A DNA stretch of 58,356 bases from Promethearchaeota archaeon (GTDB lineage: Archaea; Asgardarchaeota; Lokiarchaeia; Sigyniarchaeales; SOKP01). This document shows positions 1 to 10,248 of this stretch, one piece after another. Made by a program: the position numbers and the translations under genes. The notes below the pieces were generated by a model. It was not told the origin of the DNA, ran no database searches, and was given only the letters and a program-made list of their open reading frames with translations. The stretch lies in NCBI GenBank assembly GCA_011364975.1, contig RDOE01000013.1, positions 1-58,356 of the forward strand. The letters are read 5' to 3'. Positions within the stretch are counted from its first letter, which is position 1; every line of letters begins with the position of its first letter.

Positions 1-122
1 TTGAAGAGATTTCAAAATTCCACGAAGAAGAACTAAAAGTATCTAAATATGGTGAATATAAAACTTATTTGGGTACTCTTGTATACGATGCATACACTCA
101 GGAGGGAATAACGAACAAATAA
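1..122 (+). CDS. 3' end of an unknown CDS, truncated by the window edge
   Basis: Frame from nt 3 reads EEISKFHEEELKVSKYGEYKTYLGTLVYDAYTQEGITNK, then TAA at 120-122. Confidence 0.45.
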   Translation, partial: EEISKFHEEELKVSKYGEYKTYLGTLVYDAYTQEGITNK

Positions 123-460
123 TGGACTCTTGCTTTGAGAAGTTTCAATGATTTGTATTGTAAGTACAACTTAGAATTAATTAAGTTTTATTTAAACTAA
201 ATTCCAAAATTTCAACTAGATGGAATATAATTTGGTATTTTTTGTTCCAAAATATATTCATTTAAGTACAAAATTTTGGAGTTTTATTGATATTAAATTT
301 TTTTAAAAATTATAATTTCGTCTCTAATATTCAACTCTTTTTAATTAAGAACTAAAATCCTTGATATCAATTTTTTCCATATTAGTGAACATGCTCTTAA
401 TAGTGCCCCAATTTATATTATAATTAATAATAAGTATTTTTAAAAAAATGGTGATAAGAT

Positions 461-1255
461 ATTATAAAATCTGAAACGATTACTAATAATGAAAATTCAA
501 TAGCAATTGAAGTTAAAGATTTAAGGAAAACTTATTCAGGGAAGAAAACCATTAAGGATGTTAAAGCTGTTGATGGAATTTCTTTTTATGTTAAAAGAGG
601 AGAACTTTTTGGACTTTTAGGACCTAATGGAGCCGGGAAAACAACTACAATAAACATATTATGTGGTTTATTAAAACCTACAGAAGGCACTACTTTAGTT
701 GGTGGATATGATGTAAGGAAGAAACTTAATAAAGTTAAGGAATTAATTAGTATATGCCCACAAGAAGCTGCTGTATTTCCATTTCTAACGGGTAGAGAGA
801 ATATAGAATATTTCGGGAACATGCACTTGATGTCTAAAGAAAAAATAAACGAGCGAGCAGAAGAATTATTAAAGTTAATAGGTTTGTTCGACGCAAGTGA
901 ACGAAAAGCAAAAGGATATAGCGGAGGAATGCTAAGACAGTTAAATTTGATAGTTGCGTTAATTAACGAGCCTAGGATACTCTTTTTAGATGAGCCAACG
1001 GTGGGAATGGATCCTCGAGTTCGAAGAACTACATGGGACTTTATTAATTCTCTAAAAAGTCAAGATAGAACTATTATTTTAACAACCCATTATATTGAAG
1101 AAGCAGAAGTTCTCTGTGACAGAGTTGCGATAATTGATTATGGGAAACTAGTAGCACTGGATACTCCTAAGAAATTAATGGAAGAACATCAAGCTAAAAA
1201 TTTAGAGGAAGTATTTTTGAAAATTACAGGAAGAAGGATTTTGGAGGGGATATAA
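461..1255 (+). CDS. ABC transporter ATP-binding subunit (DrrA/CcmA-like)
   Basis: The 821..1255 frame is open back to a TAA at 455-457. It holds IEVKDLRKTY, Walker A GPNGAGKTT, signature YSGGM, Walker B ILFLDEPT and switch TTH. No ATG/GTG/TTG precedes Walker A, so the start is probably ATT461 or ATA464 after GGTGAT. Confidence 0.9.
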   Translation: MIKSETITNNENSIAIEVKDLRKTYSGKKTIKDVKAVDGISFYVKRGELFGLLGPNGAGKTTTINILCGLLKPTEGTTLVGGYDVRKKLNKVKELISICPQEAAVFPFLTGRENIEYFGNMHLMSKEKINERAEELLKLIGLFDASERKAKGYSGGMLRQLNLIVALINEPRILFLDEPTVGMDPRVRRTTWDFINSLKSQDRTIILTTHYIEEAEVLCDRVAIIDYGKLVALDTPKKLMEEHQAKNLEEVFLKITGRRILEGI

Positions 1256-1257
1256 AG

Positions 1258-2013
1258 ATGAAGATACAAAGAATTCTAACAGTTTTTAGAATGGAAATGA
1301 AAAAGCTGATAAGGACACCAATGTATTTGTTTTTCTCGTTGTTTTTCGTGGCAATGCTTGTTATAATATTCGGATTCGCATTAGGTAATTACTATGGATG
1401 GGGACCTGATGCATATGGAACTCCAAGAAGTATTTTTGAACACATGGTTCCAGGTTTGTTTGCTTACTCAGGAATCATGACAATTTTTACTTTTGCTTCC
1501 GCTGTTACAGGAGATCGTGATACTGGAGTGCAAAGAAGAATGAAAGCAACCCCCATAACCTCTGGGGAGGTAATATTGGGACAAATGTTCGCATATACAA
1601 TTGTACCACTACTTCAAACAGCTATAATATTAATTGTGGCGCTTCTCATGGGTTTTCATCCCATAATTACTGTTGGAGGGGTAGTAATGGTATTTGTTTT
1701 CATGATCTTTCTGAGTTTTTGCTCGGTAGGTTTTGGATTGATTAGTGCTTCGATTGCTAAAGATGCTAGATCTGCAGGCAGTTTAGCTTTTATCTTTATC
1801 GTTCCACAACAGTTATTTGGATCTTTCATTTACATGGGAGAAGGAACAAGAGTTATTGCGTATTACATGCCAAGTCAATATGTTACTGAACCGATATATC
1901 GAATTTTCTTTGGTGGTACTCTTACAGATATTTTTATTTGGATTCAGCTTGGGATACTTGTATTAATAACCTTTATTGTCTATCTAATCGGCTTAAAATT
2001 GTACGATAGGTAA
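1258..2013 (+). CDS. ABC-2 type transporter permease
   Basis: About 6 hydrophobic segments, DRDTGVQRRMKATP ABC-2 loop, 2 nt after the ATPase. Confidence 0.88.
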   Translation: MKIQRILTVFRMEMKKLIRTPMYLFFSLFFVAMLVIIFGFALGNYYGWGPDAYGTPRSIFEHMVPGLFAYSGIMTIFTFASAVTGDRDTGVQRRMKATPITSGEVILGQMFAYTIVPLLQTAIILIVALLMGFHPIITVGGVVMVFVFMIFLSFCSVGFGLISASIAKDARSAGSLAFIFIVPQQLFGSFIYMGEGTRVIAYYMPSQYVTEPIYRIFFGGTLTDIFIWIQLGILVLITFIVYLIGLKLYDR

Positions 2014-2056
2014 TTCCTATCATTTTTTTTATTTAAATGAAATCTGGTGTAGTTAA

Positions 2057-2539
2057 GTGAAATTATGGATAATTTATAATGATGGTATTGGATTTTCAAA
2101 GATAATTGCTGAGATGCTTCAAGATCGCCTTGAAGACTACATCGATGCGTCCGTTGGAAATGCAAAAAGGCTTGATCCCGACTTTTTAATCGAAGAAAAG
2201 TTAGATTATTTAATAATCGGAGATGTGATAAAGGAAGAAGTCCCAAGTTTAGAACTTCAAAGGTGGTTACTTAAATTTGGGGAAATTTCAAATAGTAGAG
2301 ACTTTGTTCTGAGATGTGTATCAGGTTTTTGTGTGACAACTCCTAATATTACAGTTCAGCCTCTATGGATAAAGTTTCTTGAAGAAAATGTAAAAACTGA
2401 GATGATTTTTCCACCATTATTACATTTAAAGTTAAATTTGAAAAATTTAACGTTAGAAAACGGAACTTTAGATCTAGTTAAAAAATATTCCGATGACATC
2501 ATTGAATATTATATTAATAATGAAAAAGGAAATGATTAA
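2057..2539 (+). CDS. flavodoxin-like protein (degenerate)
   Basis: N-terminus LWIIYNDGIGFSKIIAEML and DYLIIG resemble the flavodoxin fold, but the S/T-rich FMN loop is altered. Confidence 0.5.
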   Translation: MKLWIIYNDGIGFSKIIAEMLQDRLEDYIDASVGNAKRLDPDFLIEEKLDYLIIGDVIKEEVPSLELQRWLLKFGEISNSRDFVLRCVSGFCVTTPNITVQPLWIKFLEENVKTEMIFPPLLHLKLNLKNLTLENGTLDLVKKYSDDIIEYYINNEKGND

Positions 2540-2547
2540 ATAATAGG

Positions 2548-3225
2548 GTGTCGAAAGAAAAAGTTATGGAACATAATACAAAAAAAATCATTGAAACAGA
2601 GAACCTTAGAAAATTAATAGAAAGGTTAGAAATTGATATTTATGGTATAGCAGATATGCGCTTATTAAAGGAAATGAAAACTGGAATTCCTACAGATTTA
2701 GAAAAAATCGTAAATATCTTTCCATATGCTATCGTTTTAGGTGCTCAATACGGAAAGCTAGGGAAAAAAGCCTCTGGTGGTAAAACTGCATTATTCTTAG
2801 AAGAAGCTGCGTTTTCTATAATGGAATACTTAGAAGATAAAGGTTATAGGCAACTTATTATCCATACTGAAGATGAATTCGATCCTATCAATCGATTAGG
2901 ATTTATATCTCTTAAAATTCTAGCCAAAGCAGCAGGACTTGGCTGGCAAGGTAGATCATTATTAATTATTTCTCCAGAATATGGCCCTTTGCATCGATTA
3001 ATAGCAATTCTAACAGATTTACCTTTCCAGGTAAATCATATAATTAAAAATGATTGTGGGGATTGTCGAAAATGTATCGAAGCTTGTCCTCAAAGTGCGC
3101 TAATATTTGTTAAATTCAGCGATCATCCCTTGAATAGGGAAGATGTCTTAGATATTCGTAAATGTTTAGGAGATGATGGATGTTTGGTATGTCTTTTAGC
3201 GTGTCCTTGGCTAAAAAAGTTTTAA
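2548..3225 (+). CDS. QueG/reductive-dehalogenase-like 4Fe-4S protein
   Basis: AAGLGWQGRS, YGPLHRLIAILTD, CGDCRKCIEACP and CLVCLLACPW motifs. Confidence 0.8.
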   Translation: MSKEKVMEHNTKKIIETENLRKLIERLEIDIYGIADMRLLKEMKTGIPTDLEKIVNIFPYAIVLGAQYGKLGKKASGGKTALFLEEAAFSIMEYLEDKGYRQLIIHTEDEFDPINRLGFISLKILAKAAGLGWQGRSLLIISPEYGPLHRLIAILTDLPFQVNHIIKNDCGDCRKCIEACPQSALIFVKFSDHPLNREDVLDIRKCLGDDGCLVCLLACPWLKKF

Positions 3226-3250
3226 TAAATATAAAAAATAAAAAAAATGA

Positions 3251-5242
3251 CTATTGAAGATTATCCTTTAGATCCATAAAATAATCCAAGGATTCTGGAT
3301 TTCTTAACGCACCTCTATTCGCTACAGACATTCCTCTTAGAATTTTCGTAACAGCAATTTCCACTTTCTTACCTGAAAATGTGTAGGGTATTCCGTCGAT
3401 AGGAACTTGAAGAATTTTTGAGGGAACATGTCTGGGAGATGTTTTTGCCCTAATAGTTTTCTTTATTGTTTCTTCAAGCTCATCCGATAATTTAAGATTT
3501 TCATTCAATTGCACAAATAATAATATTTCTATGTTCCCTTGATTATCAGGAAGTCCAATTGCTAAACTATCAGTTACTTCCGGGAGTTGTTCTACTACAT
3601 TGTAAATTTCTGATGTACCAATTCTCACACCTGATGGTTTTAAAGTAGCATCAGAGCGACCCAAAAAAGTAATTCCCCCTGTATTACTATGTTCGATAAT
3701 CCAATCGCCATGTCGCCATACATTAATTCCTTGATCTTTATAAAAGTCAAAGTAGGCAGTTGTATATTTAGTCATAATATCATCATCACCCCAGAAATAA
3801 ATCGGCATTGAGGGGGAAGGAGCTTCACATACCAATTCTGCTTCTATATCTTTTACTGGTTTGCCCTCTTCATCGTAGGCTTGTACTTTCATAGCTAAGG
3901 CTTTACCTTGTAATTCCCCTGAATATACTGGGAGTATTGGAAGCGCTGTAGCAAAGCATCCATTTATATCCGTTCCTCCTGAAATGGAATTAAGATATAA
4001 ATCTTCCTTAATTTCCTTATAGACCCACTCAAATCCTTCAGGACTCAAAGTACTTGCTGTTTGAGAAATTTCTCTTAAAGAACTTAAATTATACTTTTCT
4101 TTTGGTTTTAAGTTTTGACCCATTAAATAATGTAAATAAGTCGCTGAAACTCCAAAAACTGTTACTTTAAATTTTTCAATAAGCTCAAACATTCTTAATG
4201 GATCTGGATAAAGTGGATTACCATCATAAAGAAGTATTGTTGCGCCTACAGCTAATGAGCTAATGAGCCAATTCCACATCATCCATGAGGGTGCAGTAAT
4301 ATAATTAATAATATCATTACGCTTTAAATCAGTAAATAAGATAAGTTCCTTTAAATGATTGATAAGAACTCCTCCTCCACTCTGAACCATACATTTTGGA
4401 ATTCCCGTAGTTCCACTTGAGAACATAATATAAACGGGATGATTAAAATCGACTTGCTCGAAGTGTGGCTTAACATCTTCCTTGGAGATAAAATCCTCCC
4501 AATGTACCGCTTTAGGTAAATTACTTATGTCAGGTTTAGTTTCAGATACATATTGGACGACTATAACTTTTTCTATGGAAGGAATTGCCTCCACTACAGC
4601 TTTTGCGTTAGAAATAATATTAAATACCTTATCTCTGTAGTAATATCCATCAACTGTGAATAGTACTTTTGGCTTAATTTGACTAAATCTATCAATCACA
4701 GCACTGGATTGAAGTTCAGCTCCACATGAGGCCCAAATTGCACCTATACTAGTTGTTGCAAGCATTGCGATTGGGGTTTCAATTAGGTTTGGGATATAGG
4801 ACACTACTCTATCTCCTTTTTTAACACCCATATCACGAAGTGATTTTGCTAATTTTGCTACAGCAATATTCAATTCCTTATAGGTCATTCGAGCAGTTTT
4901 CATTGATTCTCCTTGGAAAATAAAAGCTAATTGATTATCATTATATTTTAAAAGGTTTTGAGCAAAATTCAATTTGGCATCTGGAAACCATTGTGTCCCG
5001 GGAAATTTATTCAAATCATCTACAACCTTAGTATATTTTTTTGATGAAATTATGTTTCCAAATTCCCACATCGCAGCCCAAAAATCTTCAATTTTTTCCA
5101 CAGACCATTTGTATAGCTCCTTACCACCTTTAATTTTTAACTTATATTTCTTATTCACAAAATCTATAAACTTAGTAGCTTCTGCATTTTTAATCCATTC
5201 TTTTGACGGTTCCCATAATTTTTTTCTAATTTCTGAGATAAT
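3251..5242 (-). CDS. acetoacetate-CoA ligase (acetoacetyl-CoA synthetase)
   Basis: YIMFSSGTTGIPK, SISGGTD, WRHGD and GRSDATLKPSGVRIGTSEIY. The frame extends past GTG5158 to include the N-terminal LWEPS motif, so the start is probably ATC5239 or ATT5242. Confidence 0.9.
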   Translation of the reverse strand: MISEIRKKLWEPSKEWIKNAEATKFIDFVNKKYKLKIKGGKELYKWSVEKIEDFWAAMWEFGNIISSKKYTKVVDDLNKFPGTQWFPDAKLNFAQNLLKYNDNQLAFIFQGESMKTARMTYKELNIAVAKLAKSLRDMGVKKGDRVVSYIPNLIETPIAMLATTSIGAIWASCGAELQSSAVIDRFSQIKPKVLFTVDGYYYRDKVFNIISNAKAVVEAIPSIEKVIVVQYVSETKPDISNLPKAVHWEDFISKEDVKPHFEQVDFNHPVYIMFSSGTTGIPKCMVQSGGGVLINHLKELILFTDLKRNDIINYITAPSWMMWNWLISSLAVGATILLYDGNPLYPDPLRMFELIEKFKVTVFGVSATYLHYLMGQNLKPKEKYNLSSLREISQTASTLSPEGFEWVYKEIKEDLYLNSISGGTDINGCFATALPILPVYSGELQGKALAMKVQAYDEEGKPVKDIEAELVCEAPSPSMPIYFWGDDDIMTKYTTAYFDFYKDQGINVWRHGDWIIEHSNTGGITFLGRSDATLKPSGVRIGTSEIYNVVEQLPEVTDSLAIGLPDNQGNIEILLFVQLNENLKLSDELEETIKKTIRAKTSPRHVPSKILQVPIDGIPYTFSGKKVEIAVTKILRGMSVANRGALRNPESLDYFMDLKDNLQ

Positions 5243-5547
5243 AAACGCCTTTTTTATTTTATTTTTTAATGTATTGTATTAATTTCGGATAAATTTTAAA
5301 ATTAAATATTTTCATTTTAGCTTTTTGCTGAATTTAATATTTCTTTTTGAAAAATTATACCAAAAATTTAATATTATAATCGTTTAAATGATCTTTTTCT
5401 TTCATAAATTGCTCAGAATATTAATTTGATAAATTTCGTTATCCTAAAAATAATCTTTTTTGTCAATTGTAATTCGAATAATATTAAGATATCAATTAAT
5501 AATCATGCTATATTTTATTTTATATAGGAAAGTAAAATTAGGAATGG

Positions 5548-6558
5548 GTGATAAAATTGGAAATGAAAATATTAAAAGAAGGAACAGGAGAGATTTTTTG
5601 TAAAAATACCCCTTCTGAAGTTCGTAAATGGACAAGAGAGAATAAGATAAGGGCTCTAAAAGATAAACGCATGAGAATTAAAGACGCCGTCAAGAAGTTC
5701 ATTAAGGATGGGGATTATTTGGCTATCGGTGGGTTTGGGCATATTAGAATTCCTATGGCAATAATATATGAAATTGTTCGTCAAAAAATTAAGAATTTAT
5801 CCGTTGCAGGGCATACTGCTGTTCAAGATATAGATGTATTAATGGCTGGAGGATGCGTTTCTGCAGTTGATATTGCTTATGTAGTTGGATTTGAATTAAG
5901 AGGGCTATCTGGAGTTCAGAGAAGGCTGTTTGAGAGTGGTCAAGTTAAAAAGGCAGATTATACTAATGGGGCAATGTCATATCGATTAAGAGCAGGAGCA
6001 CAGGGAATTCCATTTATCCCTGTAAAAGTTATGCTCGGCACAGATACTATGATGCATTCTCCAGGAAAAGTGGTGAAATGCCCTTTTACGGGAGAAAAGG
6101 TATTATTACTACCATCTTTAAATCCTGATGTATGTATATTACATGCACATCGAGCAGATATGTACGGAAATGTTCAAATTGATGGTCATATTGTTAAAGA
6201 TGATTTACAGGCGAGAGCGTCTAAAAGAGTAATAGTAACATGTGAAGAACTAGTTAGTACAGAGAAAATTAGAGCAGAACCTGGCAGGACGATAATACCT
6301 TTTTTTATGGTGGATGCAGTAATTGAACAACCATGGGGTTCACATCCTGGAAATATGCCTTATAAGTACTATTTTGATCATGAATTTACTGAAAATTATT
6401 TGACTGCGGGGAGAGATGATAATCTTAAAGTGATTGAAGCATGGTTAGATGAGTGGATTTATAATCTTGAAGACTTTGATGAATATTTAACTAAGTTAGG
6501 TGCTAAGAGGTTATACAATCTTAGAGATCTTGAATTTTTAAGGCCACCTGTGAGGTGA
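5548..6558 (+). CDS. family I CoA-transferase subunit A (glutaconate CoA-transferase GctA-like)
   Basis: IKDGDYLAIGGF, RLRAGAQGIPF, PDVCILHAHRADMYGNVQIDG, VIVTCEE. Confidence 0.88.
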   Translation: MIKLEMKILKEGTGEIFCKNTPSEVRKWTRENKIRALKDKRMRIKDAVKKFIKDGDYLAIGGFGHIRIPMAIIYEIVRQKIKNLSVAGHTAVQDIDVLMAGGCVSAVDIAYVVGFELRGLSGVQRRLFESGQVKKADYTNGAMSYRLRAGAQGIPFIPVKVMLGTDTMMHSPGKVVKCPFTGEKVLLLPSLNPDVCILHAHRADMYGNVQIDGHIVKDDLQARASKRVIVTCEELVSTEKIRAEPGRTIIPFFMVDAVIEQPWGSHPGNMPYKYYFDHEFTENYLTAGRDDNLKVIEAWLDEWIYNLEDFDEYLTKLGAKRLYNLRDLEFLRPPVR

Positions 6559-6567
6559 AATGGAAAA

Positions 6568-7347
6568 ATGGATAAGAAGAAATACACTTTAAGAGAATTA
6601 ATGGCTGTAGTAGCCGCAAGACAGCTAGAGGATGGGAAATCAGTTGCTGTTGGAACAGGTTTACCTTTAGTTGCGGCAATGCTTGCTCAACAAACCCATG
6701 CTCCCAATTTAGTTATATTTTTTGAAGCAGGAGGAATCGCACCTCAATTACCAATTCTTCCAATTTCAGTAGGAGATTCAAGAACAATTCATAATGCATT
6801 ATGTACTACTACTTTAATTGATATTATGGATAATATGCGCAGGGGATTTATAGATTATGCATTCTTAGGGGGGGCTCAAATAGACAAGTTTGGCAATTTA
6901 AACTCTACAATGATTGGTAACGATTATGAAAAACCTAAAGTGCGGTTTCCTGGTTCAGGAGGGGCAAATGATTTTGGATCACTTGCCTGGGAGACTCTTA
7001 TTATAATGGATCGTCATAGTCCGCGTAGATTCATAGAAAATGTAGACTTTATTACTACTCCAGGATATTTATATGGACCGGGAGCTCGTGAAGAGGAAGG
7101 TTTATCAGAAGATACTGGACCATCGAAAGTGATAACAGATTTAGGTTTAATGGATTTTGAACCCCACACTAAAAGAATGCGATTAATTGCTACTCATCCA
7201 GGAATATCTGTTGATGATGTAATTAAAGCTACTGGTTTTGAACTTCTAATTGCCGATGAAGTAGGAACCACAACACCTCCCTCTCCTGAAGATTTACGGA
7301 TTTTACATGAAGTAATTGATCCTCAAGGTTTTGTGTTCAAAAAATAA
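6568..7347 (+). CDS. family I CoA-transferase subunit B (GctB-like)
   Basis: VGTGLP, candidate catalytic Glu in FEAGG, FLGGAQIDKFGNLNST, PGSGGAND, VDFITTPG. Confidence 0.88.
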   Translation: MDKKKYTLRELMAVVAARQLEDGKSVAVGTGLPLVAAMLAQQTHAPNLVIFFEAGGIAPQLPILPISVGDSRTIHNALCTTTLIDIMDNMRRGFIDYAFLGGAQIDKFGNLNSTMIGNDYEKPKVRFPGSGGANDFGSLAWETLIIMDRHSPRRFIENVDFITTPGYLYGPGAREEEGLSEDTGPSKVITDLGLMDFEPHTKRMRLIATHPGISVDDVIKATGFELLIADEVGTTTPPSPEDLRILHEVIDPQGFVFKK

Positions 7348-7361
7348 TCTCTTTTTTTATT

Positions 7362-8867
7362 TTAATTTTTTCTTCCTTCAAGTAATTTTCCCTTAAATCT
7401 TACATATTTACACACCTTAGCTAAGGCATTTACAGGGCGATCCCATAATTTAAATAAATTAAAACCATTTTCTCTAAGGCGTTTAGACCACGGACTGTTG
7501 AATGGCATAGGACTAACATGTAAAATGGGAACACTATACTTTTTTGAATTCTCAACTGTAGGTTGCACGAGTTTTTTTGCTAAAGAATCCATAATTTCAT
7601 CAGGTTGATGACCAAACTCAGCATTCTTAGCGATTTGATCATACTTAAGATAATCATCCATAACATCTTGAAATCCTACTACGCCATATTGTATTATTGC
7701 ATCTATTTCTCCAGATTTCATCAATATTTCGGGTATTGTGATATAAAAGTAAGGAAGATTCATATCAAAAGCACAATCAATAGGATTTCTGTAACTTGCA
7801 TTTGCTGGGAGCATCTCTTTTAATTCCATTTGGAGCGAATTTGATAATTCAGGTACAATCATTCCTTTTTTTTCGGCATTGTTTGCAATCATAGCACCGG
7901 GACCGCCAGAATTAGTAATGATACCTACTCGGTTTCCTTTGGGTAAAATTCCTCTTGAAAGAATTAACGCAATATCCAAAAATTCTTGTACATATTCTGT
8001 GCTTATAATTCCTGTCTCTCTAAACAAAGCATCATATATTCTAGTATCTCCTGAAAGAGAACCAGTATGACTCTGTAATGCACGATTTCCTGCTTTTGAA
8101 CCACCAACATAAATTGCAATGATAGGTTTATTGGGGCTAGTTTTCTTGGCTAATTCTAAGAATTTTCTTCCACGTTTCAATTCTTCGATATAGAGTCCTA
8201 TAACATGCGTATCTGGATCATCTTTATAGTATTCTAAACAATCAACAATGTCAATATTAGCTTCATTTCCTACAGAAAGAGATTTACTTAACCCTAAATC
8301 AATATTTTTTGGATCAAACCAAATATGACTGGAAAGAGTACCACTCTGTGAAGCGATTGAGAAATTTCCTTTCTTTAAAATCTCCCAAATAGCGGTATTG
8401 AAAGCTTGATTTTCATTTCCATTCCTATACCAATTATTAAAAACTCCTAAACAGTTAGGTCCAATAAATCTCATACGATACTTATCTGCTATTTGGCATA
8501 TTTCCTCTGTTAATGTATTCTTTCTATCATCAAGCAACTCTCTGAAACCTCCAGAAATTAAAATTATTCTTTTCACTCCTTTTTCACCGCATTCTTTGAA
8601 AATTTGAGGTACGATTTTTGCTGGCAATACAATAACAACGAGATCTGGAACTTCTGGTATGTCTGCAATCGTTTTATATGCTTTATACCCCATAACTGAT
8701 TCTAGTTCTAAATGAATAGGATATATGTGACCATCATATCCAGATTTAATCAAATTCATAATCTGAATTGCTGCGAGAGATCCGCCTTTATTGTTTGCTC
8801 CATAAAATGCAACGCTTTTAGGATTCAAGAAATGATATAAGAAATGTTTTTCAGTCATATTTTTCAC
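7362..8867 (-). CDS. acyl-CoA synthetase (NDP-forming) alpha subunit
   Basis: NPKSVAFYGA, IGPNCLG, SQSG, SVGNEAN, phospho-His SHTGSL, TNSGGPG, NPID. Confidence 0.88.
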   Translation of the reverse strand: MKNMTEKHFLYHFLNPKSVAFYGANNKGGSLAAIQIMNLIKSGYDGHIYPIHLELESVMGYKAYKTIADIPEVPDLVVIVLPAKIVPQIFKECGEKGVKRIILISGGFRELLDDRKNTLTEEICQIADKYRMRFIGPNCLGVFNNWYRNGNENQAFNTAIWEILKKGNFSIASQSGTLSSHIWFDPKNIDLGLSKSLSVGNEANIDIVDCLEYYKDDPDTHVIGLYIEELKRGRKFLELAKKTSPNKPIIAIYVGGSKAGNRALQSHTGSLSGDTRIYDALFRETGIISTEYVQEFLDIALILSRGILPKGNRVGIITNSGGPGAMIANNAEKKGMIVPELSNSLQMELKEMLPANASYRNPIDCAFDMNLPYFYITIPEILMKSGEIDAIIQYGVVGFQDVMDDYLKYDQIAKNAEFGHQPDEIMDSLAKKLVQPTVENSKKYSVPILHVSPMPFNSPWSKRLRENGFNLFKLWDRPVNALAKVCKYVRFKGKLLEGRKN

Positions 8868-8925
8868 TTATTTTTAAAAAGATTTCATCACTTTAAAATA
8901 TAAATATATATGAAATAGAATAATT

Positions 8926-10150
8926 ATGTCAAAGATATTTGATGGGTTAAGAATATTAGATTTATCACAATTTATTTCCGGACCATGGGCATCGACTTTT
9001 TTCTCAGACCAAGGAGCAGAAGTTATCAAGGTAGAAATTTGAATTCATATCGAGTTCTTTACTATACCCACCACCATTCGGTGAAAGCTTCCGCTATTTT
9101 GTTCTTTTTGATAAAACCATGTTTCCTTTATTTTCTATATTAAATAAAGGGAAAAAGTCAATCTCTTTAGATTTGAGAAAGAATGAGGCTAACGAAATTT
9201 TTAAGAAGTTGGTAAAGAAATCAGATGTAATTCTAGAGAATTTTGTAAAGGGCACCATGGAAAAATGGGGCCTTGGCTATGATATTCTAAAAGAAATCAA
9301 TCCAAAACTGATTTATGCAAAAATTTCTGGTTTTGGAAATGAAGGTTTAGACGCTTATACCAGTAAAACTGCATTTGATATCATAATACAAGCGGAATCG
9401 GGTATTTTAGATGCCTTAGGGTTTACTGAAGGACCTCCAAGACTACCAATTGGAGATTATACTGCAGGACATATTGCAGCAATAGGGATAAGTCAAGCGC
9501 TTTATCATAGAGAAAAAACTTCTAAAGGACAATTTATCGATATTTCGATGCATGATGTAATGGCATCCATCAATATAAGGGCACAAGCTCGTGAATTTGT
9601 TTCCCTTTCAAAGAATCTTGACATAGGGAGTAAATTCCTGCCTGTGTATAATCAATATAATACTAAAGATGGAAAAAGGTTGGTTTTAACAACGTTAACA
9701 GAGAAACAATGGAAAAGATTATGTAATGAAGTTTTAAAAAAACCTGAACTCTTGAAGGATAAGCGATTCGACAATATGATTAAAAGATTCTCCTATGTGG
9801 ACGAATTAGATGACATTGTTAAAACTTGGTCTGAATCTTTAACAATAGATGATGCTATAGAGAAATTGGAAGCGGTGAGAATTCCTTGTGGGAAAGTGTT
9901 AACTCTAAATGAAGTTTATCAACATTCAAATCTTAAAGCCAGGGGAATGCTATATGATCAATTTAATTTTTCTAAATGGGGTGTTGAAAAAGCGACTATT
10001 CCTGGGCCATTAATAAAGTTCTCAGAAACCGGGGGCACGGTTGAGAGTATTGGTCCAGAATTTGGGGCAAATAATAGGGAGATATATATTGATTTACTTG
10101 GTTATACTGAAGAAAACTTAAAGAAATTTACACGAGAAAAAATAATTTAG
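8926..10150 (+). pseudogene. CaiB/BaiF family III CoA-transferase interrupted by a ~31-nt insertion
   Basis: ATG8926 gives MSKIFDGLRILDLSQFISGPWASTFFSDQGAEVIKVEI then TGA at 9040. The gene resumes in another frame as PPFGESFR...NKGKKSISLDL, ENF, AFDIIIQAESG. Confidence 0.85.
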
Positions 10151-10248
10151 AGAGAATAATTCTGAGTTAATGGACTTCAATTTATTTAAATAACTAAAAT
10201 TATTAATGATCTCACATTTTAAAGCCTAAAATATAGAAAGGAATTTTG

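Noticed and set aside
586-822. Short antisense and overlapping ORFs in the track (e.g. 586..822, 4974..5282, 18474..19487, 24021..24815, 46879..47323)
   Set aside because: They are shadows of well-supported genes on the other strand or frame.
9040-9042. In-frame TGA as selenocysteine in CaiB
   Set aside because: Read-through stays in the wrong frame and reaches another TGA near 9082; the position is not a Cys site.
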